A stretch of DNA of 64,000 nucleotides from the human T2T-CHM13v2.0 reference genome, Homo sapiens (GCF_009914755.1 NC_060938.1); one strand, 5' to 3'. Counted from the first letter of the stretch, positions 13,421-27,656 are shown. Notes: generated by a model not told the origin, from the sequence alone. A program made the numbers and translations.

Positions 13421-14258
13421 AAAAAAGTGTTGTTGTTTTTTCTTAAATAAGAAGGGGCATTATCCAACCAACTGACCCTCCCATATTAACCACCCTGCCA
13501 CAGTAGCCTTTGAGAAGAACTTCACAATGGAGAAGCTCCTTCTCCTGTGCCAACCCAATTGCTGACATTCTCCAGTTAGCAGGTCCCTGCTGCTGAGAGT
13601 CTCAATCATAGATATTAAAGTCTGGGAGGGGCCCAGAAAGTCAAAAGTGAATCCCTATTCTTGGTGATGGCAAGTTCAGCAGCAATCTAGTGGAAATGAA
13701 GAGGCCTCCAGTCCAACACAGTATGGGGGCTGGTATTTCCCCTGACTCTCAGAATCTGTGTGTCCATCTATTTGGGGTATGAGATGAAGGGCTTGGCCAG
13801 CTTCTTACCTTAGGAATGTATGCACCAGGCACTGCTGCCAAACCAAGCCTAAGACACTCACTGCTGTGCTTGATTCCTATGAAGTAAGCAACAGTTCTGT
13901 CTGCCTACTCCAAACAGACTTGTCCATGAATTTCCGATTAGCCTGCCTGGGGCATAACTCTGGGATGCAGCTTTGGAATCAGACAGATCTGAATTTTTAA
14001 AAATTTACAAACATTTAATTGAAGATCTACATGCACACAGTTAGAAAGATAAATGGCACAGAAGGACTTAAGTTAAAAATAGGCCTCCATCCCACTCCTT
14101 GGATTCAATCTTGCCTCCTGGAGGCAGTAGCTTTTAACTGTCTCAATTTCTGGTTATGCCAGTTTGCCTTCATATCTCTAAGCAATATGATAATTCTTCT
14201 CTGTTCCAGTAGGTCAGCTGGGGACATTATCTATTGTCTCCCTGCTCTGATAAAGTGG

Positions 14259-14956
<698 letters not shown>

Positions 14957-14981
14957 AGCAGGACTTAAGTCATCCATATAC

Positions 14982-15403
14982 TCTGGTAGACACAGAGATG
15001 CATGACACAGACCTCTCTTCACAAATGGGCTTGCTGCCCAGCAGCAGGGAGTGTAGTCAGCAGATGGCCATCAGCTGCTGGCTCTTTCAGGGTCTGCCTC
15101 AGCTGCACAGAGCCACCTTGCCCAAGGTCATGCTGTTCCTGGGGCAGCCCATATCCAGTGACTGAGCAAGGTGAGGGTATAAAGGCCAGGCTATTTTAGT
15201 TCAAACGTGGACACTTTAAGGGTCAATACTCACTTCAGTGCTCTGGGTAGGGTTGGTGAAGGTTTTGTTGGGTCTGCATCACAATTCAGCTTCTCCATCT
15301 GCCCAAACTTCCTCCTTCCCCTTCTTTTCACAGGTGTTGTCCTACCATATATTATGTGTGCCAAACTCTCAGTACCTGCTTCCAAGGAACCCAACCTGCA
15401 ACA
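14982..15403 (+). mobile_element. LTR16-like ERVL LTR
   Basis: agagccaccttgcccaaggtcatgc; 3' end cttccaaggaacccaacctgcaaca. Confidence 0.7.
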
Positions 15404-15444
15404 ATCACCTTTGTCCCTCTTCAAGTTTTTCAGAACATATTAAT

Positions 15445-16020
15445 TTGTATTGTGTCAAATTAACTAAGCAGGGACTACATTTCCCCAAATTACCTCCCCT
15501 GTGTGGTTCCAACTTAGGGTTAGCCATGAGGGAAGTTTGTGCAAATTTGGAAGGCAGAAGTGAAGCAACAGCCATTTTTACTGTCTGAAGGTTGGTGCAG
15601 GCCAGGTACTGTTGAAGTTAGCATGAGTGTCACCTTGCTGGCATGCTGTTTATGGCTCCTCCAGCTGTTCCCATTCTCCTCCTTCAGCTCCTCTGTGTCC
15701 TGGGCCAGATGTGTCTGTAGTTCCATGATGGGAACACCAGCTTATCCAGAAGATCACCCACACCCTGGAGAGTGAAGGCAGAAAGAGGCAGATGCAAATT
15801 TGTTTGTCCTTGTTGGTTTCAGGTCCTTGTTGGTTTCAGGTCCTTGTGGGTTTCAGGTTGTCCTTTCCCTTCCCCACTCCAATCTTTCTTCCCAGCTCCC
15901 AGTTCTGCTGACCTCAAGCCCAATACCAGACACAGAGGCAATACTCATGTAGAGTGTTTAGTCAGGTCCCATAACTGCATAAAGTCTAATCCTTACAATA
16001 GTTCCCTTTTTCTTGAATCC
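15445..16020 (+). mobile_element. ERVL LTR relic (LTR40/41-like) with an internal 17-bp x3 tandem repeat
   Basis: ggactacatttccccaaattacctcccctgtgtggttcc...; tccttgttggtttcagg x3 at about 15807-15857. Confidence 0.55.
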
Positions 16021-16889
16021 TCACTGATGCAGTCATTATTTCTAGTTCCTCTATCCATAGCTTTGTTTCATCAGCTCCAAGTAGTACTTGGCTCCTTACT
16101 CTGTATGGTAAGGTATTAGAATCACCTCCCTTGTCCTTTCCTCTCCTCCTCCTGTCTCATCTCTTCTATCAGCTATTGATTTTTACATTGTCAAGTGTGG
16201 TAACATTACATCCTGTCCCAAAACCATAGTGAGCTCTTCTCTTCATTGTCTATGGTCCATTCTAAAAGTTGAAAACTATCAAACGGCACTTCAAGTAGAG
16301 TATTTTGTGCGGATAAATGAGCACAATTTCTGGTAATGGGCTGTGATAATATTTCCTTCCCTACATATCAAGGGCAGATGCCTCTGTCACTCAAAGGATG
16401 ATATTCTTAGCCACTGGATCAAACAGACTTTCTTGTTTTATGTGCCACCATTTGCTCAAATGCATCTTACCTCTTACATTGCTTTGTTTTTGGACTGTGA
16501 CTTTCTTGTTTAATGGTTTGTTTTTCCCAGGGTTTTTGATTACTTTCTTTTTTTCTGCTTGGGTAAAGAAAACTAGGTCTTTGCCATCATGCCCCAATTA
16601 TTGTTTAGCTTCTTACTCATTTCTTGTATTGCTTGAAATCCATTCTATTCTTCTGGAAGACATTCTTCTTGAGACTCACTGCCATTTTACTGAACACCAA
16701 TTTATTCTGAGGCTCACTAAACAGTTGTCACCCTGTAATTTCTTTTCACTGGGATCTTGGGTTAATTCTACCATTTCATGTATTCTCACATTACCCTTTT
16801 GTTCCTTTGATGCTCACTCCAGTTTTGCTGGAGTGTGTTCTTGTTCAGCTTCTCCATGAGGCATGCGCAAGAGATAGCTATCGCATACT

Positions 16890-17060
16890 TACAAGAGGAC
16901 TTACCAGCTGTGTGACTTGGGCAAGTTCCTAATCTCTTTACTCTTCAATTTCCTCCACTGAAAAATGGGAATTATGTCACCTGGCTCATGGAGTACTGTG
17001 AAAATTACATTTGATAACATTTGTAGAGTGCCTAGCCCTTGGTGTTGAGCAAATTTTGAT
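16890..17060 (+). mobile_element. MIR relic
   Basis: acttaccagctgtgtgacttgggcaagttcctaatctc...aaaatgggaatt. Confidence 0.75.
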
Positions 17061-17075
17061 TTATTTCCCTAATTA

Positions 17076-17720
<645 letters not shown>

Positions 17721-18089
17721 TGCGGCCACAGACCTGGCCGCTTGCCTGTGGATGGACCAAACTCTTTCAATGCTTCTCTGCAGCTGGGGCGCCCACAGTG
17801 TTGAATGATTCTCTTTTTGCAGGCTGGGCTGAATCCAAGATGCCTTTAGGCAACGTTTCCAGAGGGCCAAAAAATTACTGCTTCCTTCCTGTCTTGCCTG
17901 TGCAGCTTTCCTCTCCCAGAAACAGCCCCCTACGCTTACCCCACACAGGGAAGTAAAGGAAAATTTACTTTTAGGGAAGTCACCTACTTGGTGAGCTCTT
18001 ACAACCACTGGGAAAATGCTGTGCCATTGGGATTAAGTTAAAGGAACAAATTGCACATACCGCTGGGAGAAGTATCTCATTAAGTATGA

Positions 18090-18430
<341 letters not shown>

Positions 18431-18449
18431 TAACTTATTTTTAACACTA

Positions 18450-18600
18450 GCATTCATTCACTTACTCACTCAGTGTTTATTCATTCTATCAGAGATTCTA
18501 CAAACTTATTACATGACTCTGGGGTGCCAGGCACCGTGGAGGGCTTGGGGACACAGAGAGGAAAGGCATAATCCCTGCCCATGAGGAAATCACAACTAGT
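18450..18600 (-). mobile_element. L2 3' relic
   Basis: cattcattcac...gtgccaggcaccgtggagggcttggggacacagag. Confidence 0.6.
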
Positions 18601-19951
18601 TTATATTGGCATACAGATCACTTTTCAACCATGAGGTCCTGCTGAGAGCAGGAGGCAGGAGCCTCTGAGGCTAGAAAGAGTGAGCAGCTGGGTGTGTAGG
18701 TGGGAATGGTATAGGAGGAGATTGAGATGGTCCTGGAAGTCTAGTTGAAGAGGGCCCGCGGAGCAGTGAGGTGTCTGAGACAGAATTTTCTCTGCCTCAC
18801 AGTTTAGCCCTCAGGTATGATGGAGCCTGGTCAGCCACCAGGCTAGGCAGGAAGTTGGGGAGAGGGAAGAAGGGGAGATGATGCAGGCTCTGAATCCAAG
18901 GTTCTGCCCTATCACTCAAAGGACAATATTCTTAGACATATTCTCTCCTAACCCAGGTAATAACCTGGACAGCTCCTTGAATATTATGTGAGAGGGAATC
19001 ACAGGAAAAGGAAAATCCCTTAGCTCACCCAGCTGCATTCCTAGCAATTTCTGTTCATTTTCAGGATGAGCATAGGAGTCATGGGAAAAGAAGGGTGGCC
19101 TGAGCTTGTGCTCATCCCAGGCCCCTGGCTCTTCAGAGCCAAGCTAGCCCCAGCTACCCAGACCTGGATGGATGCAGAGGGCTTCCAGCACTGGGGATGC
19201 AGTGCTTGGAGTCACGTGTTTCTGTGCAGCCATTGCTGCCTATTACAGACTGAGTTCCATCTGGTGGTCACATCCTGGACTGGCTGCCCAATGGCAGACA
19301 AAGCTCCTTTTGTAGCTAGTAGGATGAAGTGAAGGGGAGGCTGAGTTCTTAATGTGGCCAACCAACTTCCAGCCTCTATCAATAAGTTTCTCCCTGGACC
19401 TTTTCAAAATCAAGCATTGCCAATGTGACACTGTGGGGCTGAGGGGCTGTGGGTACTGCCTGAAGCCTGGCATTGCCCACAGACTAGGTTCTCTTTATCC
19501 CTGGCCAGATCCAGCGTTGGAGTGAACCAAGACAGGCTATAGGGTCTTGGGACCCCAACCTTCTAATTAGAATTTTGTGCTGTCTCCCCTATCCTGGAGG
19601 AAGGCTGTCCAGGGAGCCCACCCACCCCCACAAGTTTTTGCAATGGAAGGGTCATCAGAGATAGCCAGTCCAACCCTTTTATTTCACTGGAGTGGGAGTG
19701 GGGAGGAGGAAGGGGGAGGATATTGGCCCCTATTATCTACAGAGATAGTGGCTGCGCTGAGGCTAGACTCCAGACCTCCCCCTCCACATTCAGAGATCCT
19801 TTTCCTTACACCAGCCATGGCCTTTCTTTCTGGAAATGTGCAGCCTTCAATAAAAGGACAAAAGGAAGGCAGCAATTAGCTCCACAGAGCCAACTGATGA
19901 TGGCGCAGCTTAAAACAAAGTGATCAGCCTGTAGGTCAGGGGCCATCCTGG

Positions 19952-20429
19952 TGTGATGGCTAATATTGAGTGTCAACTTGATTGGTTTGAAGGATGCAAA
20001 GTATTGTTCCCGGTGTGTCTGTGAGGGTGTTGCCAAAGGAGATTAACAGTTGAGTCAGTGGACTGGGAGAGGCAGACCCACCCTCAATCTGGGTGGGCAC
20101 CATCTAATCAACTGCCAGCGTGGCTAGAATAAAGTAGGCAGAAGAAAAGAGCAGACTTGTGGAGTCTTCTGGCCTTCATCTTTCTCCCATGCTGGATACT
20201 TTCTGCCCTCAAATGTCTAAGTTCTTTAGCTTTTGGACTTTGGAACTTATACCAGTGGTTTTCCAGGAGCTCACGGGCTTGGGACTTGGACTAACTTTCT
20301 TGCTCTTCAGCTTACAGACGGCCTATTGTGGGTCTTATGATTATGTGAGTCAATACCCTTAATAAATCCCTCCTCATATATACATCTTTCCTATTAGTTC
20401 TGTCCCTCTGGAGAACCCTGACTAATACA
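19952..20429 (+). mobile_element. MLT2A (HERVL) solo LTR
   Basis: tgtgatggctaatattgagtgtcaacttgattgg...gagaaccctgactaataca; perfect 5-bp TSD cctgg at 19947-19951 and 20430-20434. Confidence 0.92.
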
Positions 20430-20574
20430 CCTGGTTCTGCCCACCTTCCACCACAGGCTTTGCTTGCATGTCATGTTTTCTTGCCCTGAGAGCCCCTTTC
20501 TCCTTAGCCAGGCACCTGATCAAGATCAGAATCTGGAAACTCTGCATATTTGTGGTATAGAAACCCTTGCTAAG

Positions 20575-20750
20575 AGCTAGCTCATGTAAGCCTCAGAACA
20601 ATACTGGGAGATATTATTACCCCACTTTATAGATAAGGGAAATGCAGAGAGATAATGTTATTTGCCAAGGATCACAAAACCAGAAGGTGGTAGAGCTGTA
20701 TCTCAAACGCATGTCTTCTGACTGTGAATCCTGTTCTTTTTCTTTTCTAC
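20575..20750 (-). mobile_element. MIR relic
   Basis: attattaccccactttatagataagggaaatgcagagag...gccaaggatcaca. Confidence 0.7.
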
Positions 20751-20811
20751 CATGAAAAAAATGTGGAAAAATGCTTTGATAACTTTAAGGCCATACATGA
20801 TATAACATACT

Positions 20812-21105
20812 AATTATTATCACCACTGCTTCTACCTCTAGCACTGCCATTGCCACAAACGCCATCACTATCACCATCACCATCACAACCATTACTACTA
20901 CCATCACCATCACCACCACCACCATCAACACCTATACCATAACTACCATCTCCACCATCATCAGCACCATTATCATCACCATGCCACCACCACCACCACT
21001 GCCATTGCCAATGCCTGAGTGGAAGAGGAGTGGAGGAGCGAGGTGCCTGAGACAGAATTTTCTCCCCCAAATCCTCCATTATCACCATTGCTGCTAACAC
21101 CATCA
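20812..21105. repeat. Degenerate (CAC/CAT)n triplet repeat with a roughly 50-bp non-repeat interruption
   Basis: caccatcaccaccaccaccatca... visible directly. Confidence 0.9.
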
Positions 21106-21191
21106 AAGCTAAAACTTGAGGCTGTTTCTATACCTGAAGCCTCAATGTGCTTATTAAAGTGCTAAGTGGCTAGAACAGATTCAGATAATCC

Positions 21192-21360
21192 AGGGTCTTG
21201 TTGCTCAAAGTGTGGTTCATGGACCAGTAGCACTGGCATCCCCTGGGAGCTCGTTAGAAAGGTAGAATCTTAGTCATTACCCCAGACCTACATAATTTCC
21301 ATCTTAACAAGATACCCAAGTAGTTCACATGCATGTTGAAGTCTGAGAAGCGCCACTCTA
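21192..21360 (+). mobile_element. MER5A (hAT-Charlie MITE)
   Basis: ctcaaagtgtggttcatggaccagtagcactggcatcccctgggagctcgttagaaa...aagtctgagaagc. Confidence 0.8.
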
Positions 21361-21652
21361 GAGCAGGGCTTGGAAACCTACAGGACTCCTAGAGGAGACA
21401 GTGGTAAGCTAGAGCCTCCTCTAGTGTGGCTTGTTCGCCCTGGCTGCCAATCCCCTCTCCTAGTCCTGTAGTAGAAGACAAAGAGCAGCCCCAAGGAATG
21501 TTGCTTTGGTGTGCTCCAGATAGTGACTTTCAGGGCCTTTGGATAGATTAGGACTCAGAGGCCCACACAAAGAGAAACCGCCATGGGGCCCATGTCTCGA
21601 CAGCTAGAAAGTGAGATGAGAAGTGTTCTGAGTCACAGGTTAGGATGATGTT

Positions 21653-22491
<839 letters not shown>

Positions 22492-22819
22492 ATATTTTTG
22501 CTTTTCACCAGTGTCGTAAGTCTACACTATTCCTCCTGGATCTCAAATTTGAAAAGGAGTCAAATGAAACTCCCCACCTCTGTTATCTCTTCCACACGTG
22601 CCTGAGTGCAACTACAAAGATGGTGCAAGGACTGCTTGGGTGGGAACAAAAACTATAGAACTCATTTTTAATGCAGTTGTAGTTACAAACAAAAACCTGT
22701 TGGAAAGTGAAAACTGTCTTATATCACTGCCAATATTCTGTTGCTAAGACACTAAAGGATAGCTTTGCATGGACTAAGTTGATAAATCATTTCAGGGTCT
22801 TATGTGCATCGGGAAAGCA

Positions 22820-23075
22820 ATACAGCCAAGTGATTTAGAAGATAGTCAATGGAACCAGATATAGACCCAGATTCAAATATTAGCTCTGCCATGAGGTATT
22901 GGCTTTGTGACCTGGGGAAAGTTACCAAATTGTGTACCAGTTTCCTCATCTGTAAAATGGGGACAATATTAGGGATATTAGGAGGATTAAATGAATTAAT
23001 ACATGTGAAGTACCTAGAAGAGTGTCTGTCACATGGTAAGAACTCAATATGTGTTATCTGTTTATTATTATTAGA
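22820..23075 (+). mobile_element. MIR, near full length
   Basis: ctttgtgacctggggaaagttacc...cagtttcctcatctgtaaaatgggga...gaggattaaatgaattaatacatgtgaag. Confidence 0.85.
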
Positions 23076-24309
23076 ACAATAAGTGAACACAATAAGCACT
23101 TGCCAAGTGTGTTTGGGTGAGGCATCGTACATATCAGGATCTTGGGAGATGGAAGAGTTAAGAGGAATAAGACATGGGCCCTGCTCTTAAGGTCCTTTAG
23201 TCTAGAAGAGAGAAAATATTGCTATGGTTTGAATGTGTCCCCCAGAGTTTATGTGTTGGAAACTTAATCCCCAATGCAACAGTGTCGAGAGGTGGGACTT
23301 TTAAGAGGTGATTAGGTCATGAGGACTTTGCCTTCATGAATGTGTTAATACTGATCATAAAAGGGCTTGAGACTGTGAATTCAATCTCTTGCTCTCTCTC
23401 GCCCCTTTTTTCGCCCTTCTGCCATGGGATGATGCAGTGAGAAGGCCCTCACCAGATACCAGCCCTCAGCCTCAGGAACAATGAGCCAGTAAGTTCCTCT
23501 TTACTATAAATTACCCAGTCTCAGGTATAGCCATACAAAATATATTAAGACAGAAAACTGGTACTGAGAAGCAGGGTGTTGCTATAACAAATACCTAAAA
23601 ATATAGAAGCAGCTTTAGAAGTGCGTAATGAGTAGAGGCTGAAATAATTGGAAGGAATGGTCTAGAAAAAGCCTAGATTGCCACGAACGGAGCTTTAAGG
23701 GTGATTCTCATGAGGGCTCAGAAGAGGAGAGCTGCAGGGAGAGCCTAAATATCCTTAGGGATTTTACTTAAGTGGTTGTGATCAGAATGTTGCTAGAAGT
23801 ATGGACAATAAAGGCCATCCTGATGGGGTCTCTGATGGAAATGAGGGACAAGGTGTTGGAAACTGGAATAAAGGCCATTCTTGTTATACAGTTGAAAAAA
23901 AAAAACCAAACTTGGCTGAATTGTGTCAGTGTCCTAGGACTTTGAGGAAGGCAGAAATTAAGAGCAATGAACTAGGATACCCGGCAGAAGAAATACCCAA
24001 GCAGCAAAGTGTCCAGGGTGTTGCAGGGCTTCTTTTGGCTGCTTACAATAAAACGAGAGAAGGGAGAAATGATTTAGACAGAATGCATAATTAAAAGGGC
24101 AACAGAATGGAAAGATTTGGGAAACTGTCAAGCTGGCCAGGTAAAGAATTAAAAAGTGTGTCTGGGAGAGAATATGAAGGATATGGCCAAGCAAGCATTT
24201 TCTAAAGAGATTAATATGGGTAGAGGGAAGCCAGGTTCTATTTATCGAGACAGTGGGAGAATGACCCTGAAGGCATTTCAGAGCAGTGGTTGAGCCACAT
24301 ATGGGGCTT

Positions 24310-24558
24310 CTTCTAAAGCTGCTTCTATATTTTTAGGTATTTGTTATAGCAACACCCTGCTTCTCAGTACCAGTTTTCTGTCTTAATATATTTTGTGTGG
24401 CTATACCCGAGACTGGGAAATTTATAATAAAGAAGAACTCATTGGCTCATTGTTCCTGAGGCTGAGAAGTCCAAGACTGAGGGGCTGGTATCTGGTGAGG
24501 GCCTTCTCACTGCATCATCCCATGGCAGAATGGTGAAGAAGTGGTGAGAGAGAGCAAG
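24310..24558 (-). repeat. Inverted copy of 23388-23621 (LTR 3' half plus start of internal region)
   Basis: 24310-24396 is the exact reverse complement of 23535-23621 (87 bp); 24482-24530 is the exact reverse complement of 23417-23465 (49 bp). Confidence 0.97.
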
Positions 24559-25190
24559 GTACAACCTTGAGGGCAAGTTTTCCAAAGCATTTGCTACCCT
24601 GTACCACCTTGAGTCTCTGCTTCCCATACTCTGGTGCAGTGCTCAGCTGCTCCAGCTGTGAATCAAGTGGTGGCCCCAGATGTGGCTCAACCACTGCTCT
24701 GAAACATACAAACTGTAAACCTTGGTGGCAGCTGATTCTGCAGGTGTGCAGAATGCAAGAGCTATGGGCCCATAGCAGTCTCCATCTAGACTTCAAAGGA
24801 TGTTTTAGACAGTATGAGGGCCCAGGCAGGGACTCAGTGCAGGGCGGAGCCACTGCAGAGCCCCCGCTAGGGCAATGCTCAGTGAATCCTTAGGAGCAAG
24901 GCTGCTGGGGACCTCAGGGCAATGCTCAGTGGAACTGCAGAGTGGGCAGCCCTGAGATCCCAGAACTCTAGGGCCACTGGCATACAGCTCCAGCCCGCAG
25001 GACTCTGCCCTCACTAATGGATTAACACAGTTATCTTTGAGAATGGGTTAGTTATTTCAGGAATGGGTTTCTGATAAAAGGATGAGTTTCTCCCACTTCT
25101 TTCTCTCCCTCTCCCTCTCTCTCTCATGCATATGTGCTCTTTTGCCCTTCTGCCTTCTGCCATTAGGTGATGCTTCATGAAGCTCCTTTG

Positions 25191-25630
25191 TGTAGTGCCG
25201 GACCCCTGTTGATTCCAATAGGGATGGCACTTTGTCTGAGAGGAAAAAAAAAAAAAAAAGTCCTGGAGCCAGCAAATGAGGGTTTACTGGGGGGACTTAC
25301 ATATGGGGCAGTCCAGTGGTGGCAGGCTGGATGGGAAGGCTGCTACAGTTTGTAGAAAGAATGCAGTTTATATGGCATTTTCACTTATCAACCTCCACCT
25401 AGCAACCTCCATCTGACCCAAAGCACAGGGCCTCAATCCCCTGTATGGCCTGTGTTCCAAGGGATGGGCCAGAGGCTCAGATGTCCTCCTCAGATAAGGA
25501 GCAAATCTCTGCATTGGCCACTCCTGGATTCTTCAGCTCAGAACTCTGAACACACATTCTTCTCAGACCACAGGTTGTCTTCAGGTTATGCTTAAGTGAC
25601 ATTATTGCTCTCAGGTGCGCCCACCATACA
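25191..25630 (-). mobile_element. ERVL solo LTR (LTR32/LTR47-like) nested in the MST LTR
   Basis: Reverse strand reads tgtatggtgggcgcacctgagagcaataatgtcacttaagcataacc...ggggtccggcactaca; the host LTR resumes at ccttaccagatg. Confidence 0.7.
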
Positions 25631-25966
25631 CCTTACCAGATGTAGGCCCCTTGATCTTGGACTTCTCAGACTCCAGAACTGTAAAATATAAGGCTATGTT
25701 TCTTATAAATTACCTAGTCTGTGGTATTCTGTTATAGCAGCACACGACAGGTTAGGACAAATTGTGACAGGCCAAAAGTGAGGAATGCCACAGAAGTGAG
25801 ACCCATAAAGAACCTGAGTTTTGAGAAAGGGGGTTGGATTCCAGAAGGCGAAGAGCAGAAATCAAGATAGAACCTGAATATTCTGAGATCTCAGAGAAGG
25901 GAATATTATCTTGAGTAATTTGAGACAGTTGGAAAGTAAAGAGTTTTTTTTAGGTTAGAGGCCTGG

Positions 25967-25996
25967 TGCGTGTGTGTGTGTGTGCGTGCGCGTGCA
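25967..25996. repeat. (TG)n/(CG) alternating tract
   Basis: tgcgtgtgtgtgtgtgcgtgcgcgtgcac. Confidence 0.85.
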
Positions 25997-27656
25997 CCCA
26001 CTCACAAAAAGAAAGACCAACTTTTTTAAGAGAAGAGAGAAAGAAGCTTTTTCAGCACCCCCTACAACCTCATTCCACTAGGCAGCTTCATTTATTCATT
26101 AGCACATGAGTATGGCACCTTTATTTCAGCCATCCCAGCTTTCAGGGTAGCTGGGGGTATTCTGAGAGTCCAGCTTTTCTTGCTAGAGACAGAAGGAGCC
26201 AAGTGGAGATTTCCAGGTCACAGCAGAGCTGAATGCCTCTCCCTTTGGGAATGTACTGTGGCCCTGACCTCATGACACTGGAAGGAATCTGGCCCAGAGT
26301 CCATTTACATGGAGGCCGATTTATCTATAAATTTCTAAAGTGTAGCTGTTTTCTTAATAACTGAGAAAAGAAAAGACGACTACAGCCTGATTTAGAATAT
26401 TTTTACTCAGCTATTTTGAGCCTGTGTGGTAAAACTTCAGCTTTTTGGAACTCCAAAAGGATGAGTTGTGCCAAAGGATTAAAAGGTTTAATCCTTGGGT
26501 GCTCAAACTTAAAGTTAAATCATTTTGATGAGCTTTAGAAAATGTATACATACTTCTTTGCTTTGTTTAGTAAAGTATTTGGAACGTGATTTAGCCTTTT
26601 CTTGATGAGTTAGGGTGCCTACTATAGTATTCTGTTGCCCTTATAATCTTGTATATAGGATGCCTTGACCTCACACTAAGTGGGTTCAGATGGCTGTGTA
26701 TTTTGAATTTTGTATAATTTTACTGAAACATAAAAGAAAACAATAGACTTCTGGATTCAGCTCTAGCATGTAAAGAACTTGGACATTGTCATTTCTGTCC
26801 TTATAACAAGAAAAAAAACGGACAATGGAAAATCAGTGACTTTTCTTGGACCCATCAAAGAATTGAGGTTTCAGGACAAATCACTACCTTGAAATATGGA
26901 GAGACAGACAAATACAGAAAAACACAGCTCAGATGAGCTTATCCGGAGCAGAAGCTGCTGGAGCCATAAATTGGTAGGAACGCTTAAATGCTAATTTGAT
27001 GAATCGCTGGAGGTTGAGCGTGGACCACCAGGAGAGTGAAAAAGTCTAGGAGGGCCACAACCTTAGGTACCACCCACACTCTTGAGGGTTTTACCTCCAG
27101 GAACTCTGTAAGTTCTCACAATGAGAGCCAAGAAAGAGTTCCCTGTGGCTCTAGCAGGGGTAGAGGAAAAGCAACCATTTAAAAATCTACCCAGAATGTT
27201 CTCTATAACAAAGACCTACTCTTCAGGGGAGGAAACTTTCCCAGAGCCTTAGCCCCCCTGGGGGAAGGGTAGTTACCCAACTCCAGCTCCCTTTAGTCTT
27301 CCTGTCTCACCTAAAGGGATGAGGGAAGCTAAGAAACAGTTGTAAAGACCCCAGCCCAGGACAAAGGCCCACAAAAAGACTGAGATTAAATCCTATGATT
27401 ATATAACATTTTCCCTCCTCACATTATACCACCACATCAACAAGGCTCCAGTATAATAACAGCAGATTACAGCTCAAAGAGCCACAAGGAGCAGCCTCTA
27501 TTAAAGGAGGAGCTCTTAGGGAAGCCCAAAGACAATGGAGGAGACAAAAACAAGGACACCAGATACATTTGAAGCCTCTGGCACCTACATCTGAAGGGCA
27601 AAACATTAAACACACCCAGCTCTTAGCCAGATTAACATTAAGATTTATGCTAAATA

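Larger units (their letters stand above)
23220..25759 (+). mobile_element. Rearranged MST-family MaLR element (LTR + partial internal region + partial LTR)
   Basis: 5' LTR 23220-23552 (tgctatggtttgaatgtgtccccc...attaagaca), internal region from gaaaactggtactgagaag, second partial LTR from about 25000 to ...ggttaggaca 25759. Confidence 0.85.

Noticed and set aside
20810-21106. Gly/Asp-rich ORF
   Set aside because: Product of the degenerate (CAC/CAT)n repeat.
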